Of a stretch of 32,000 nucleotides of DNA, positions 24,298-32,000 are shown one piece after another. Each line of letters opens with the position of its first letter. Position 1 is the first letter of the stretch. The stretch lies in NCBI RefSeq assembly GCF_000017845.1, contig NC_010546.1:3000001-3032000 (forward strand). The letters are read 5' to 3'. The notes beneath the pieces are model-generated. The model did not search any database. It was not told the DNA's origin and was given only the letters and a program-made list of their open reading frames with translations. The stretch is from Crocosphaera subtropica ATCC 51142 (GTDB lineage: Bacteria; Cyanobacteriota; Cyanobacteriia; Cyanobacteriales; Microcystaceae). The position numbers and the translations under genes are program-made.

Positions 24298-26769
24298 ATG
24301 AAGTTTACTAGAAGATTTTTATTAAGTTTAAGTACAGTCTTTCTTTATGGACTTTGGCAAAAATATCATCAAAAACCGCTTTTATCTCAAGATTCTCCAA
24401 ATAATAATAATTTAACCATACAAGGGATTGCTCCTAAACCTCGAAAACCTAATATTATTAAGGTTGAACCGTCTGAAATTGTCGTTTTTGACCAAAATAT
24501 TAAACCTATTAATTTTATCGATAATACAGTTGGTAATCAATGGTTATATAAAACCCCAATTATCCCAGGAGAAGGAAAAAAACTGGTTAATCTTATTCAA
24601 CATAAAGGTCAAGAGATTTTAAAAACATTAAAAAAATTACCACAAAATGAAATCATTACTAATAGTTTTCCTGATTTTACTGATGCCATTGACTTGAAAC
24701 AACTAGGAAACAATAAGCCTAAAATTTCCTCGTTATTTTATACAGTAGTATTTTTCGATAAACCTCAATTATTAAGAGTCTGTCATGGAGCGATCGGGTT
24801 AAATGTTAATGCTAATCTTTGGGTCAATAATCAATCAGTTAAACATGGGGAATTAATTAGAGTCAATAAGGGATTTTACCCAATTATTATTGAAGCTTAT
24901 CATGGTGAAAGGAAACAATGGTTGCCTTGGAAAATGGCACGGTTAGCTCCTCGTTTTACGGTTATTACCGAAACAGAAATAGAAGACGTTTATCAATGGC
25001 AACTAAGTCAATGGGAACAAACAATAGACATGGCAAAAGTGAATGACGATCGCTTATTAGCTGCTGTTAAATTTGATAGTAAAACTATTCGAGGAAAAGA
25101 CGGATTTTTTCAAGTTGGTCAGAGTATTAATGGTAAATGGTGGTTTATTGATCCTCAAGGAAAAGCCTTTTATCATAGAGGTTGTACAGGTTTAAATGCA
25201 GGAGGAGTGGGAGGAAGAAGAGCCAACTTACCTCCTGTTCCTAAAACCACCGTTAAAACCTGGATAAACTATCTAAAAGAATGGGGTTTTAACGCTATGG
25301 GTGCCTGGACAACTTCAGAATTTTTTGACCAAAATATGGCCTTTACAGAAATCATCGAAACCTATTACGAAAAACCCTGGTTAGTTACTAAATTTCCTGA
25401 CGTTTGGAATCCTCAATGGGCGGAAAATGTTGATAAAAAATGTAAAAAACTTTGTAGTCCTCTCAAAAATAATAAAATGCTGTTAGGCTATTTTTTGGAT
25501 AATGAAAGGGACTTTATGGAAATGGTTAAAAATAATGAAACCATCATTGCTAATGCTCCCACTTATCGCTATGATGGGCCGATAAAATCTGATCAATTCG
25601 AGTTACCAGCAGAACCAAAATTAAATCCTAAAGGAATTGGTTTACTGCAATTTTGTTTAAGTCAGAAACAAGATATTCCTGCTGCTCAGAAAGCTTGGGA
25701 ATTCGTTTTCAATCGATATTCTTCCTTAGAAAAGTTAAGTCAAGCATGGCAAATTAATATTTCCTCACAAGAAAGTATTAGGGAATCAACCCTAAAAGAA
25801 GAAATACTAATATCTGATAATTATCAAGAAGATAACTATCAGTTTATTAAGCAATGGGTCGAACAATATTATCGAATTTGTACCGAAAAGATTCGTAAGT
25901 ATGATCCCAACCATTTAATCTTAGGTTGTCGTTGGGGAAATACACCAGGAAAAGCAGTTTTAGAAGTCGAAAAAGAATGGGCAGACGTGGTTTCTCGTAA
26001 TAATTATCGCTCCAACTTTTATGAACTCTTTGATGAGTTTTATCAGCAGGTTAAATGCCCTATTTTGAATGGAGAAATTAGCACTTGGACTGATCACTAT
26101 ACCCTATTTAGAAATCCCATTGAACCCCCAGGGGGTTATGAACCAGAAACACGACAAAAAATTAAAGCAGATGAAACAATGAATCGCATTTTTTCCCATC
26201 CAGGGGTATTAGGTTATACTAAATATCGTTGGCACGGACGAAAAGATAAACTATGGAATAATAAACCCTTATTTAATATAATTAATCCTCTAAGGCAAGC
26301 TAATTATCGAGCAGTTTCTATTGCTAGTTTTTGGGATCAACCCCCTCAAAAAAATCATCAACCGCTACAGGGACAAATTTTTTTAACGTTACTCGATAGC
26401 ACCATAACCAAACAAACCTTAAAACCTGCTAAAATCGAAGATAAACCCAGTTTTAAAATTATTAGAAATCATTTAGCTGTGGGATTGGTGTGTGAAAATG
26501 ACCAATGGAAAAAAACAGTCTATGGCGATGGAATCAAAGGAGAAGTCATTAATAGCAACATTGAAGGGGATAACTATCAATTAACCATTAAAATTCAAAC
26601 TTTCCCCACCTTATTCAGTGACACCCAAGCAGAAGCAAACTATCAATTAAATCTTGTGCGTCATCAGACAAAATTAGAAGGAACCTTCATCGGGACTTAT
26701 AATCAAGAAAAAGTTACAGGTAGGGCGATCGCTTATGTTCATCGTCCTGTGACCACAGTGAGATATTAG
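24298..26769 (+). CDS. Large exported protein (823 aa), putative clan GH-A-like glycoside hydrolase with extra beta-sandwich domains
   Basis: The N-terminus FTRRFLLSLSTVFLYGLW is twin-arginine-like. The central region GKWWFIDPQGKAFYHRGCTGLN...WGFNAMGAWT...LGYFLDNE...ILNGEISTW resembles a (beta/alpha)8 glycosidase with an NE acid/base motif. The CDS call is solid, but the function is tentative. Confidence 0.6.
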   Translation: MKFTRRFLLSLSTVFLYGLWQKYHQKPLLSQDSPNNNNLTIQGIAPKPRKPNIIKVEPSEIVVFDQNIKPINFIDNTVGNQWLYKTPIIPGEGKKLVNLIQHKGQEILKTLKKLPQNEIITNSFPDFTDAIDLKQLGNNKPKISSLFYTVVFFDKPQLLRVCHGAIGLNVNANLWVNNQSVKHGELIRVNKGFYPIIIEAYHGERKQWLPWKMARLAPRFTVITETEIEDVYQWQLSQWEQTIDMAKVNDDRLLAAVKFDSKTIRGKDGFFQVGQSINGKWWFIDPQGKAFYHRGCTGLNAGGVGGRRANLPPVPKTTVKTWINYLKEWGFNAMGAWTTSEFFDQNMAFTEIIETYYEKPWLVTKFPDVWNPQWAENVDKKCKKLCSPLKNNKMLLGYFLDNERDFMEMVKNNETIIANAPTYRYDGPIKSDQFELPAEPKLNPKGIGLLQFCLSQKQDIPAAQKAWEFVFNRYSSLEKLSQAWQINISSQESIRESTLKEEILISDNYQEDNYQFIKQWVEQYYRICTEKIRKYDPNHLILGCRWGNTPGKAVLEVEKEWADVVSRNNYRSNFYELFDEFYQQVKCPILNGEISTWTDHYTLFRNPIEPPGGYEPETRQKIKADETMNRIFSHPGVLGYTKYRWHGRKDKLWNNKPLFNIINPLRQANYRAVSIASFWDQPPQKNHQPLQGQIFLTLLDSTITKQTLKPAKIEDKPSFKIIRNHLAVGLVCENDQWKKTVYGDGIKGEVINSNIEGDNYQLTIKIQTFPTLFSDTQAEANYQLNLVRHQTKLEGTFIGTYNQEKVTGRAIAYVHRPVTTVRY

Positions 26770-26823
26770 AGAAATATCTGGGAATACTAATCCTAGACAT
26801 CGTAAAATGGCAAAAAACTTAAG

Positions 26824-27606
26824 ATGTTAACATCCCCCTCCTCTTCTCAACCCGCTACCTCTGAGCGTCGTATTGTTATTGGTGACGTTCATGGTCATTA
26901 TGATACCCTAAATCTTCTTTTAGAAGCAATCGCACCTAATCAAGACGATCAAGTTTATTTTTTAGGAGACTTAATCGATCGTGGTCCCCAGAGTTCTCAA
27001 GTGGTAGAACTTGTTATGAAACATAGGTACCATTGTTTACTGGGAAACCATGAATATATGCTTCTTGAAACCGTTGGTAAAGGAGGGATTAATAGTCATC
27101 AACTGCAAGGATGGTTATATGGGGGAGGTTATTCTACTCTAGTCAGCTACGATCATCATATTCCCCAAGAACATATCAACTGGATGAAGACGTTGCCAAC
27201 CTATTTAGACTTAGGGGATGTTTGGCTAGTTCATGGTGGCATTGATCCGAATATACCTTTACAAGAACAAACCGCACAACAGTTTTGTTGGGTACGGGAT
27301 GATTTTCATGGTATGAAAAAACCCTATTTTGAGGATAAACTGATTATTATTGGTCATACCATTACCTTTACCTTTCCAGGAATTTTACCAGGAAAATTAG
27401 TGGCCGGAGCAGGATGGTTAGATATTGATACTGGTGCTTATCATCCCCAAAGTGGCTGGTTAAGTGCATTAGATTTGAGTACCGAAACCGTTTATCAAGT
27501 GCATCGTCAACACAAAACTAAGCGCATTCTTCCTTTAGCTGAAGTAGTCGTTAAAATTGATCCTTCTGTTGTTAAAGCAAAACGAGCTAAACAAAGAGTA
27601 TCGTAA
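26824..27606 (+). CDS. Metallophosphoesterase, PPP-family Ser/Thr phosphatase / ApaH-like
   Basis: Motifs GDVHGHYD, GDLIDRGP, GNHE and a later GH are in canonical order. Confidence 0.85.
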   Translation: MLTSPSSSQPATSERRIVIGDVHGHYDTLNLLLEAIAPNQDDQVYFLGDLIDRGPQSSQVVELVMKHRYHCLLGNHEYMLLETVGKGGINSHQLQGWLYGGGYSTLVSYDHHIPQEHINWMKTLPTYLDLGDVWLVHGGIDPNIPLQEQTAQQFCWVRDDFHGMKKPYFEDKLIIIGHTITFTFPGILPGKLVAGAGWLDIDTGAYHPQSGWLSALDLSTETVYQVHRQHKTKRILPLAEVVVKIDPSVVKAKRAKQRVS

Positions 27607-27783
27607 CTTAATTTATCTATCGTAATTTAATTAAAGTGTACATTCGCTAATTAAAGGATTCAGGTTGTATTACAATAAGTCGCAAACTGCTGTAATTTCT
27701 GCATAGGTTAGGGTTGATGCAACTCTAGGAGATTTTTTGCGTCTCAATGGGTAACTGAGATCAATGACCTATAAATAGAAATT

Positions 27784-29025
27784 ATGTCCCGTTCAACTTC
27801 TCGTATGTCTTCTCCTCAACCAAAAAGAATTGCACGTCGTCGGGCTAATGATAATGACAAACAAGTTCGTATCGTTTCGGGGAAACGAAAAAATAGTCAA
27901 ACAGAACTATCTAGGGAAAATACTGCTACTCAGTGGAGAAAACCCCGTTCCAATTCTTCAAAACGTTCTCCTAACCTGTTAACTCGCCTTTTTTTGTATA
28001 TTTTGCGGATTGGTATTATGGGGGTTGGTATTGGGGCGATCGCAGGAACTACCCTCACCATCATTAATCCTCAAGATATCTTAGCAGCTTATCTCAAAGC
28101 CTCTCAATTAGTTAAACCGTCCCCAGAAGAAACCAAAGAAGAGAAACCAGCAAAAGTAACCCCGAAATCTTCTGCGACTGTTCCTGTTAGTAAAGAATTA
28201 ACCGCACTTAAAGAAAAAATACAAAAAATTGACGCAAAATATCCCAATGTTAAGCCCCAAGCTTGGTTTATGGACCTAGATAACGGAGCTTATGTGACTT
28301 ATAATGGCACACAACCTGTTCCTGCTGCTAGTACCATTAAAATACCTGTTTTAGTGGCTTTTTTCCAAGAAGTTGATAAAGGAAATATGCACCTTGATCA
28401 AATGCTAACCATGACTAAAGATGTAATGGTTAGTGGTTCAGGGGATATGCAATATATGCAGGTTGACAAGAAATTTCCAGCCATTGAAGTCGCCACAAAA
28501 ATGATAGTAATTAGTGATAATACCGCTACAGAAATGCTAATTAAACAAATAGGCGGTAAAGAAGTTCTCAATCAACGCTTTAAAGAATGGGGGATGAAGC
28601 ACACTGAAATTCATAATATTTTACCTGATTTAGAAGGAACCAATAAAACCAGTTCAGAAGACCTAAGTAAACTTTTAGCAAGAATAGAGAGAGGGGATTT
28701 AATTAGTACGAGATCCCGCGATCGCCTTATTGCGATCATGGAAGGAACAAGAACCCGAACCTTACTCCCTCAAGGGTTAGAGAAACAAGCTAATATTGCC
28801 CATAAAACTGGAGATATTGGGACAATTATTGGGGATGCTGGTATTATTGATATGCCCACTGGAAAACGTTATATTGGGGCGGTTTTTGCTGAAAGAGCTT
28901 ATAATGATCCGGCAGGACGTTCTCTGATTCAAGACATTTCTAGAACCGTGTATCAACACTTTAAATATTATCAACCTCGTCCTGTTCCGAAAGTAATAGA
29001 AAACAAACCAGAAAGTCAATCTTAA
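27784..29025 (+). CDS. Membrane-anchored serine hydrolase, class A beta-lactamase-like fold
   Basis: The N-terminus is basic and cytoplasmic (about 65 aa), followed by one TM helix (LFLYILRIGIMGVGIGAIAGTTL). Then come STIK (SxxK), SDN and KTGD motifs in class-A order. Confidence 0.75.
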   Translation: MSRSTSRMSSPQPKRIARRRANDNDKQVRIVSGKRKNSQTELSRENTATQWRKPRSNSSKRSPNLLTRLFLYILRIGIMGVGIGAIAGTTLTIINPQDILAAYLKASQLVKPSPEETKEEKPAKVTPKSSATVPVSKELTALKEKIQKIDAKYPNVKPQAWFMDLDNGAYVTYNGTQPVPAASTIKIPVLVAFFQEVDKGNMHLDQMLTMTKDVMVSGSGDMQYMQVDKKFPAIEVATKMIVISDNTATEMLIKQIGGKEVLNQRFKEWGMKHTEIHNILPDLEGTNKTSSEDLSKLLARIERGDLISTRSRDRLIAIMEGTRTRTLLPQGLEKQANIAHKTGDIGTIIGDAGIIDMPTGKRYIGAVFAERAYNDPAGRSLIQDISRTVYQHFKYYQPRPVPKVIENKPESQS

Positions 29026-29064
29026 CCTGAGTTCGGAGTGTATGAATTTGCTTAAAGATATAAG

Positions 29065-30285
29065 TTAAACAGAACTTCTTAAAGCAACAATGGGATCAAG
29101 TTTAGCAGCTTTTTGAGCAGGGATAACCCCAAAACCTAGACCAATACCACTAGAAACCGCTAAAGAAAGAATGATAGAAACAGAAGAAATACTAGGGGAC
29201 AAAGGAGAGACAATGCCCACAATTGTCACTAAACTTACCCCGGTTAAAATACCAACTATTCCTCCAGAAACGGAAATAATCACTGCTTCAATTAAAAACT
29301 GGCCTAAGATATCAGTTTGACTAGCCCCTAATGCTTTTCTGAGTCCAATTTCTGAGGTTCTTTCACTCACAGAAACCAACATAATATTCATCACCCCAAT
29401 ACCACCCACAATCAAAGAAATTCCTGCTAGAAATGTCAACATAACCGTTAAGCCAGTGGCAATACTTCCTACAATTTCTAACATTTGTTTTGACGTTTCT
29501 ACCCCAAAGTCATCTTCATTGGTAATTTTATGTCTTAACCGCAATAAATTTTCAATTTGAAATTGAGCAGCAGACACACTATCCACATCCTCTGCTTCTA
29601 CATTAATCCAACTCACTTCCAAGCCATAAGGAGAGGTTTTCCCCACAATTTGATTGGCCATAGTAGTCAGAGGAATTAACACTGTTTCATCTAAATTAGT
29701 ACCAATTAAAGACCCTTTCGGAGCCATCACTCCGATAATTTCAAAAGGAATATTTTTAATTCTAATAGATTCCCCAATGGGATCAGTTACTGTAAAAAAC
29801 CGCTCAACAATTTCCTGTCCAATAACAGCCACTCTCTTATTTCTTTGCAAATCAATTCGGTTAATAAATCGCCCTTTTTCTACAGGGAATTGTCTAATTT
29901 TTGGATAGTTTGGGGTGGTTCCAATTAACAAAGCATTGGTATTTTCACTTTTATAATTAATTAATTGTCGTTGATTTCTTTCAGGGGCAACGGCGGTGAT
30001 GCTGGGAACTTGTTCGGCGATCGCTTCTGCATCTTCCCAGACTAAAGTTTTCGGTATATCTAGGGTAGCACGGCGGGCTTTACGACTGCCAGGCACGACA
30101 AAAAGCACTTTAGGACCCAATTCATTTAACTGTTCGGTAGCCAATTTTTCAGCCCCTTGACCAATACCAATGGTAGCAACAACTGAAGCGTTACCAATAA
30201 TCATGCCTAGCATGGTTAAGCTAGTCCGTAATTTATTGGCAGCTAACATTGAAGTTGCCATTTTAACACTGTCTAAAAAATTCAT
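29065..30285 (-). CDS. devC: ABC exporter permease, MacB/FtsX type (DevC family)
   Basis: A TM1 helix is followed by a large periplasmic domain and the C-terminal FtsX motif region (SVSERTSEIGLRKALGAS). The gene lies directly downstream of an HlyD-type adaptor gene. Confidence 0.85.
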   Translation of the reverse strand: MNFLDSVKMATSMLAANKLRTSLTMLGMIIGNASVVATIGIGQGAEKLATEQLNELGPKVLFVVPGSRKARRATLDIPKTLVWEDAEAIAEQVPSITAVAPERNQRQLINYKSENTNALLIGTTPNYPKIRQFPVEKGRFINRIDLQRNKRVAVIGQEIVERFFTVTDPIGESIRIKNIPFEIIGVMAPKGSLIGTNLDETVLIPLTTMANQIVGKTSPYGLEVSWINVEAEDVDSVSAAQFQIENLLRLRHKITNEDDFGVETSKQMLEIVGSIATGLTVMLTFLAGISLIVGGIGVMNIMLVSVSERTSEIGLRKALGASQTDILGQFLIEAVIISVSGGIVGILTGVSLVTIVGIVSPLSPSISSVSIILSLAVSSGIGLGFGVIPAQKAAKLDPIVALRSSV

Positions 30286-30297
30286 AAAAGTTATTCA

Positions 30298-31767
30298 TTA
30301 AAATAATGATTTATTTTGTTCTTCTTCGGGTAAATCAATAAATACCCTTTCTCCGGGGGTTAATCCAGACAGAATCTGGGTTTTTTCATCTAATACTTGA
30401 CCAATGGTAACGGGTTTAAATTTTGGCTTCTCGTTTTCATCCGCCACCATGACCCCAGTTTCTCCATTTTTAGTGACAATAGCGACGGTAGGAACCACCA
30501 AAGCATCGTTAATTTCCTGTCCTAAAAAGTTCACATCCACATTCATGCGTGATAATAATTTATCTTGTCCTTCCATTAAGGCAATCGTCACCTCAAATGA
30601 GGTCACATTATCTTCTACAACTGCTTCTGGAGCGATTAAAACCACTTGTCCTTTAAATACTTCATTGGGATAAGCATCGGCGGTAATGGTTACTGGTTGT
30701 GACTGTTGAATCATAGCAATATCCACTTCTGGGACTTTAGCCACCACTTTTAACCCGCGTGCCAGGGCTAAAATTGAACTGGAGGTGGCTGAGGCTGTGC
30801 TGGATGCGGAAGTGGTAGGGGTGACAAATGCCCCTGGGTTGGCGTATTTTTGCGTTACAATGCCGTCAAAAGGAGCGCGAATGGCTGTGTCTTGAAATTG
30901 AATCACCATTTGTTCAAGTTCAGCTTTAGCAGCCTCAGCAGCCAATTCTAAGCTAGTGATGTCTATTTTTGCGGTTCTTTTGCGTTCTTCGAGTTGAATT
31001 TGTGCTTCAGCGACCGTTGCTTGAGCGTGTAGCACTTCTTGTTTTAATTGGTCAATTTCTGGGTTTTGGGTCTGGGTTGTCTGTTCTAACCGCTTCTGAA
31101 GTTCCATCAGGCTGGCTTGAGCGTTATTATAGTTGTTGAGCAGTTCATCAAATCGATCTTGAGTGATGGCCCCTTCTCTAAGTAATTCTTCATTGCGTTT
31201 CACACGGGAGGCAGCTAACTCCAAACCTGACTGTGCGGATACGATTTGAGCTTTAATTTGGTCAATTTCTTTAGGAATTCTCTCTGTTGCCCGTTGCAGA
31301 TTGGCTTTTGCTTGTTCTAGCTGAGTTTGTGCTTGAACGTAACGGGTTTGAGCCTGTTGAACTTCACTGGGAATACGAACTTTCGCTGCCTCTAAGTCGG
31401 CTAAGGCTTGATTATATTTAGCTTCGGCAAATTTACCTTGGGCTTTATCCTCACTGTGTTCCATGAGGGCTAAAATTTGCCCTTCTTTGACTTTCATCCC
31501 CTGTTCAACTCGTAACTGCACTAAACGGCCCGGGTTTTTGGGGCTAATATTCACACTTTCAATGGGTTCTACGACTCCACTGGCTTCTATGTCAACAGCG
31601 AGGCTTTCCCGTTGGGCAATGACGGTCATTTTCTCTAGTTTACTCTCGGAAACCGGAGTTTGAGCCATTTTATAGGTTAATCCCCCGACCACCAGTAGTC
31701 CACCTGTCATAACGGCTAAAATCCAAGGAAGAGGACGATTTAATTTATTAGGCACAGGAATTTCCAT
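30298..31767 (-). CDS. devB: HlyD-family periplasmic adaptor / membrane fusion protein (DevB family)
   Basis: It has an N-terminal anchor helix, lipoyl-like and beta-barrel segments, and a long A/Q/E-rich coiled-coil hairpin. There is a 12-nt gap to devC. Confidence 0.85.
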   Translation of the reverse strand: MEIPVPNKLNRPLPWILAVMTGGLLVVGGLTYKMAQTPVSESKLEKMTVIAQRESLAVDIEASGVVEPIESVNISPKNPGRLVQLRVEQGMKVKEGQILALMEHSEDKAQGKFAEAKYNQALADLEAAKVRIPSEVQQAQTRYVQAQTQLEQAKANLQRATERIPKEIDQIKAQIVSAQSGLELAASRVKRNEELLREGAITQDRFDELLNNYNNAQASLMELQKRLEQTTQTQNPEIDQLKQEVLHAQATVAEAQIQLEERKRTAKIDITSLELAAEAAKAELEQMVIQFQDTAIRAPFDGIVTQKYANPGAFVTPTTSASSTASATSSSILALARGLKVVAKVPEVDIAMIQQSQPVTITADAYPNEVFKGQVVLIAPEAVVEDNVTSFEVTIALMEGQDKLLSRMNVDVNFLGQEINDALVVPTVAIVTKNGETGVMVADENEKPKFKPVTIGQVLDEKTQILSGLTPGERVFIDLPEEEQNKSLF

Positions 31768-32000
31768 AAAATTGTTTATTTAAGAGATGCAACACCATGA
31801 AAAATTATTTTATCTATACTAGCGTTTCTATAGTGCCATAGCATTACAATACACAGTCTCTCAAGGTTTTGTTGAGAAAATCACCTTATTATTATGATAA
31901 CTCACTCTTAAACAGGGATGATAGGATGATTGAGCAACTTCGTGGCAAAGGTGAAAAAGCTCATTGAAGACTGGATAAGGAAACGGTAGAAAAATTAAGG

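Noticed and set aside
29654-31663. Plus-strand ORFs 29654-29908, 30404-30673 and 31463-31663
   Set aside because: They are antisense inside devC and devB and show no motifs.
1-32000. tRNA, rRNA, tmRNA, RNase P RNA and CRISPR arrays
   Set aside because: I found no T-loop-like GGTTCGAAT motifs in cloverleaf context, no conserved RNase P or tmRNA cores, and no regularly spaced direct repeats in any intergenic region.

Overview
This is a chromosomal segment from an AT-rich unicellular cyanobacterium, probably Crocosphaera/Cyanothece-like. I infer that from 19 exact copies of the HIP1 octamer GCGATCGC (counted by eye) and from the gene content. Most of the window is conserved housekeeping: the petA 3' end, a znuABC-type metal uptake operon with a Fur-family box, hemE, acsF, galE, a two-domain PPK2, hisS, an MscS-family channel, a VanX/DdpX-type dipeptidase, an HtrA/Deg protease, a PPP-type metallophosphoesterase, a membrane-anchored class-A-beta-lactamase-like serine hydrolase, and a devB-devC efflux pair. 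Mobile and accessory DNA sits in two places. The first is an islet at about 9.9-13.1 kb between ppk2 and hisS. It holds a MITE-like nested inverted repeat, a 5'-truncated IS630-family transposase gene cut off by a complete ISAs1-family element with 21-bp perfect inverted repeats and no target duplication, and a brnT/brnA toxin-antitoxin pair whose antitoxin looks C-terminally truncated. The second is an apparently intact 1141-bp IS630-family element at 16047-17187 with TA duplication and an A9 slippery run joining orfA and orfB. It is inserted into a hairpin. Two decayed DUF2887/DUF4351 (Rpn-like) gene remnants follow znuB. I found no tRNA, rRNA or CRISPR array. I see no convincing, coherent novel multi-gene system. 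The best candidate is a same-strand trio of exported proteins at 22.1-26.8 kb: a phytase-like esterase lipoprotein, a PEP-CTERM protein, and an 823-aa twin-arginine-like / clan GH-A-like protein. The other leads are small-scale, namely a dispersed 12-mer/heptamer repeat family, a G-quadruplex motif and candidate operator palindromes. All functional calls rest on motif recognition by eye, not database searches.
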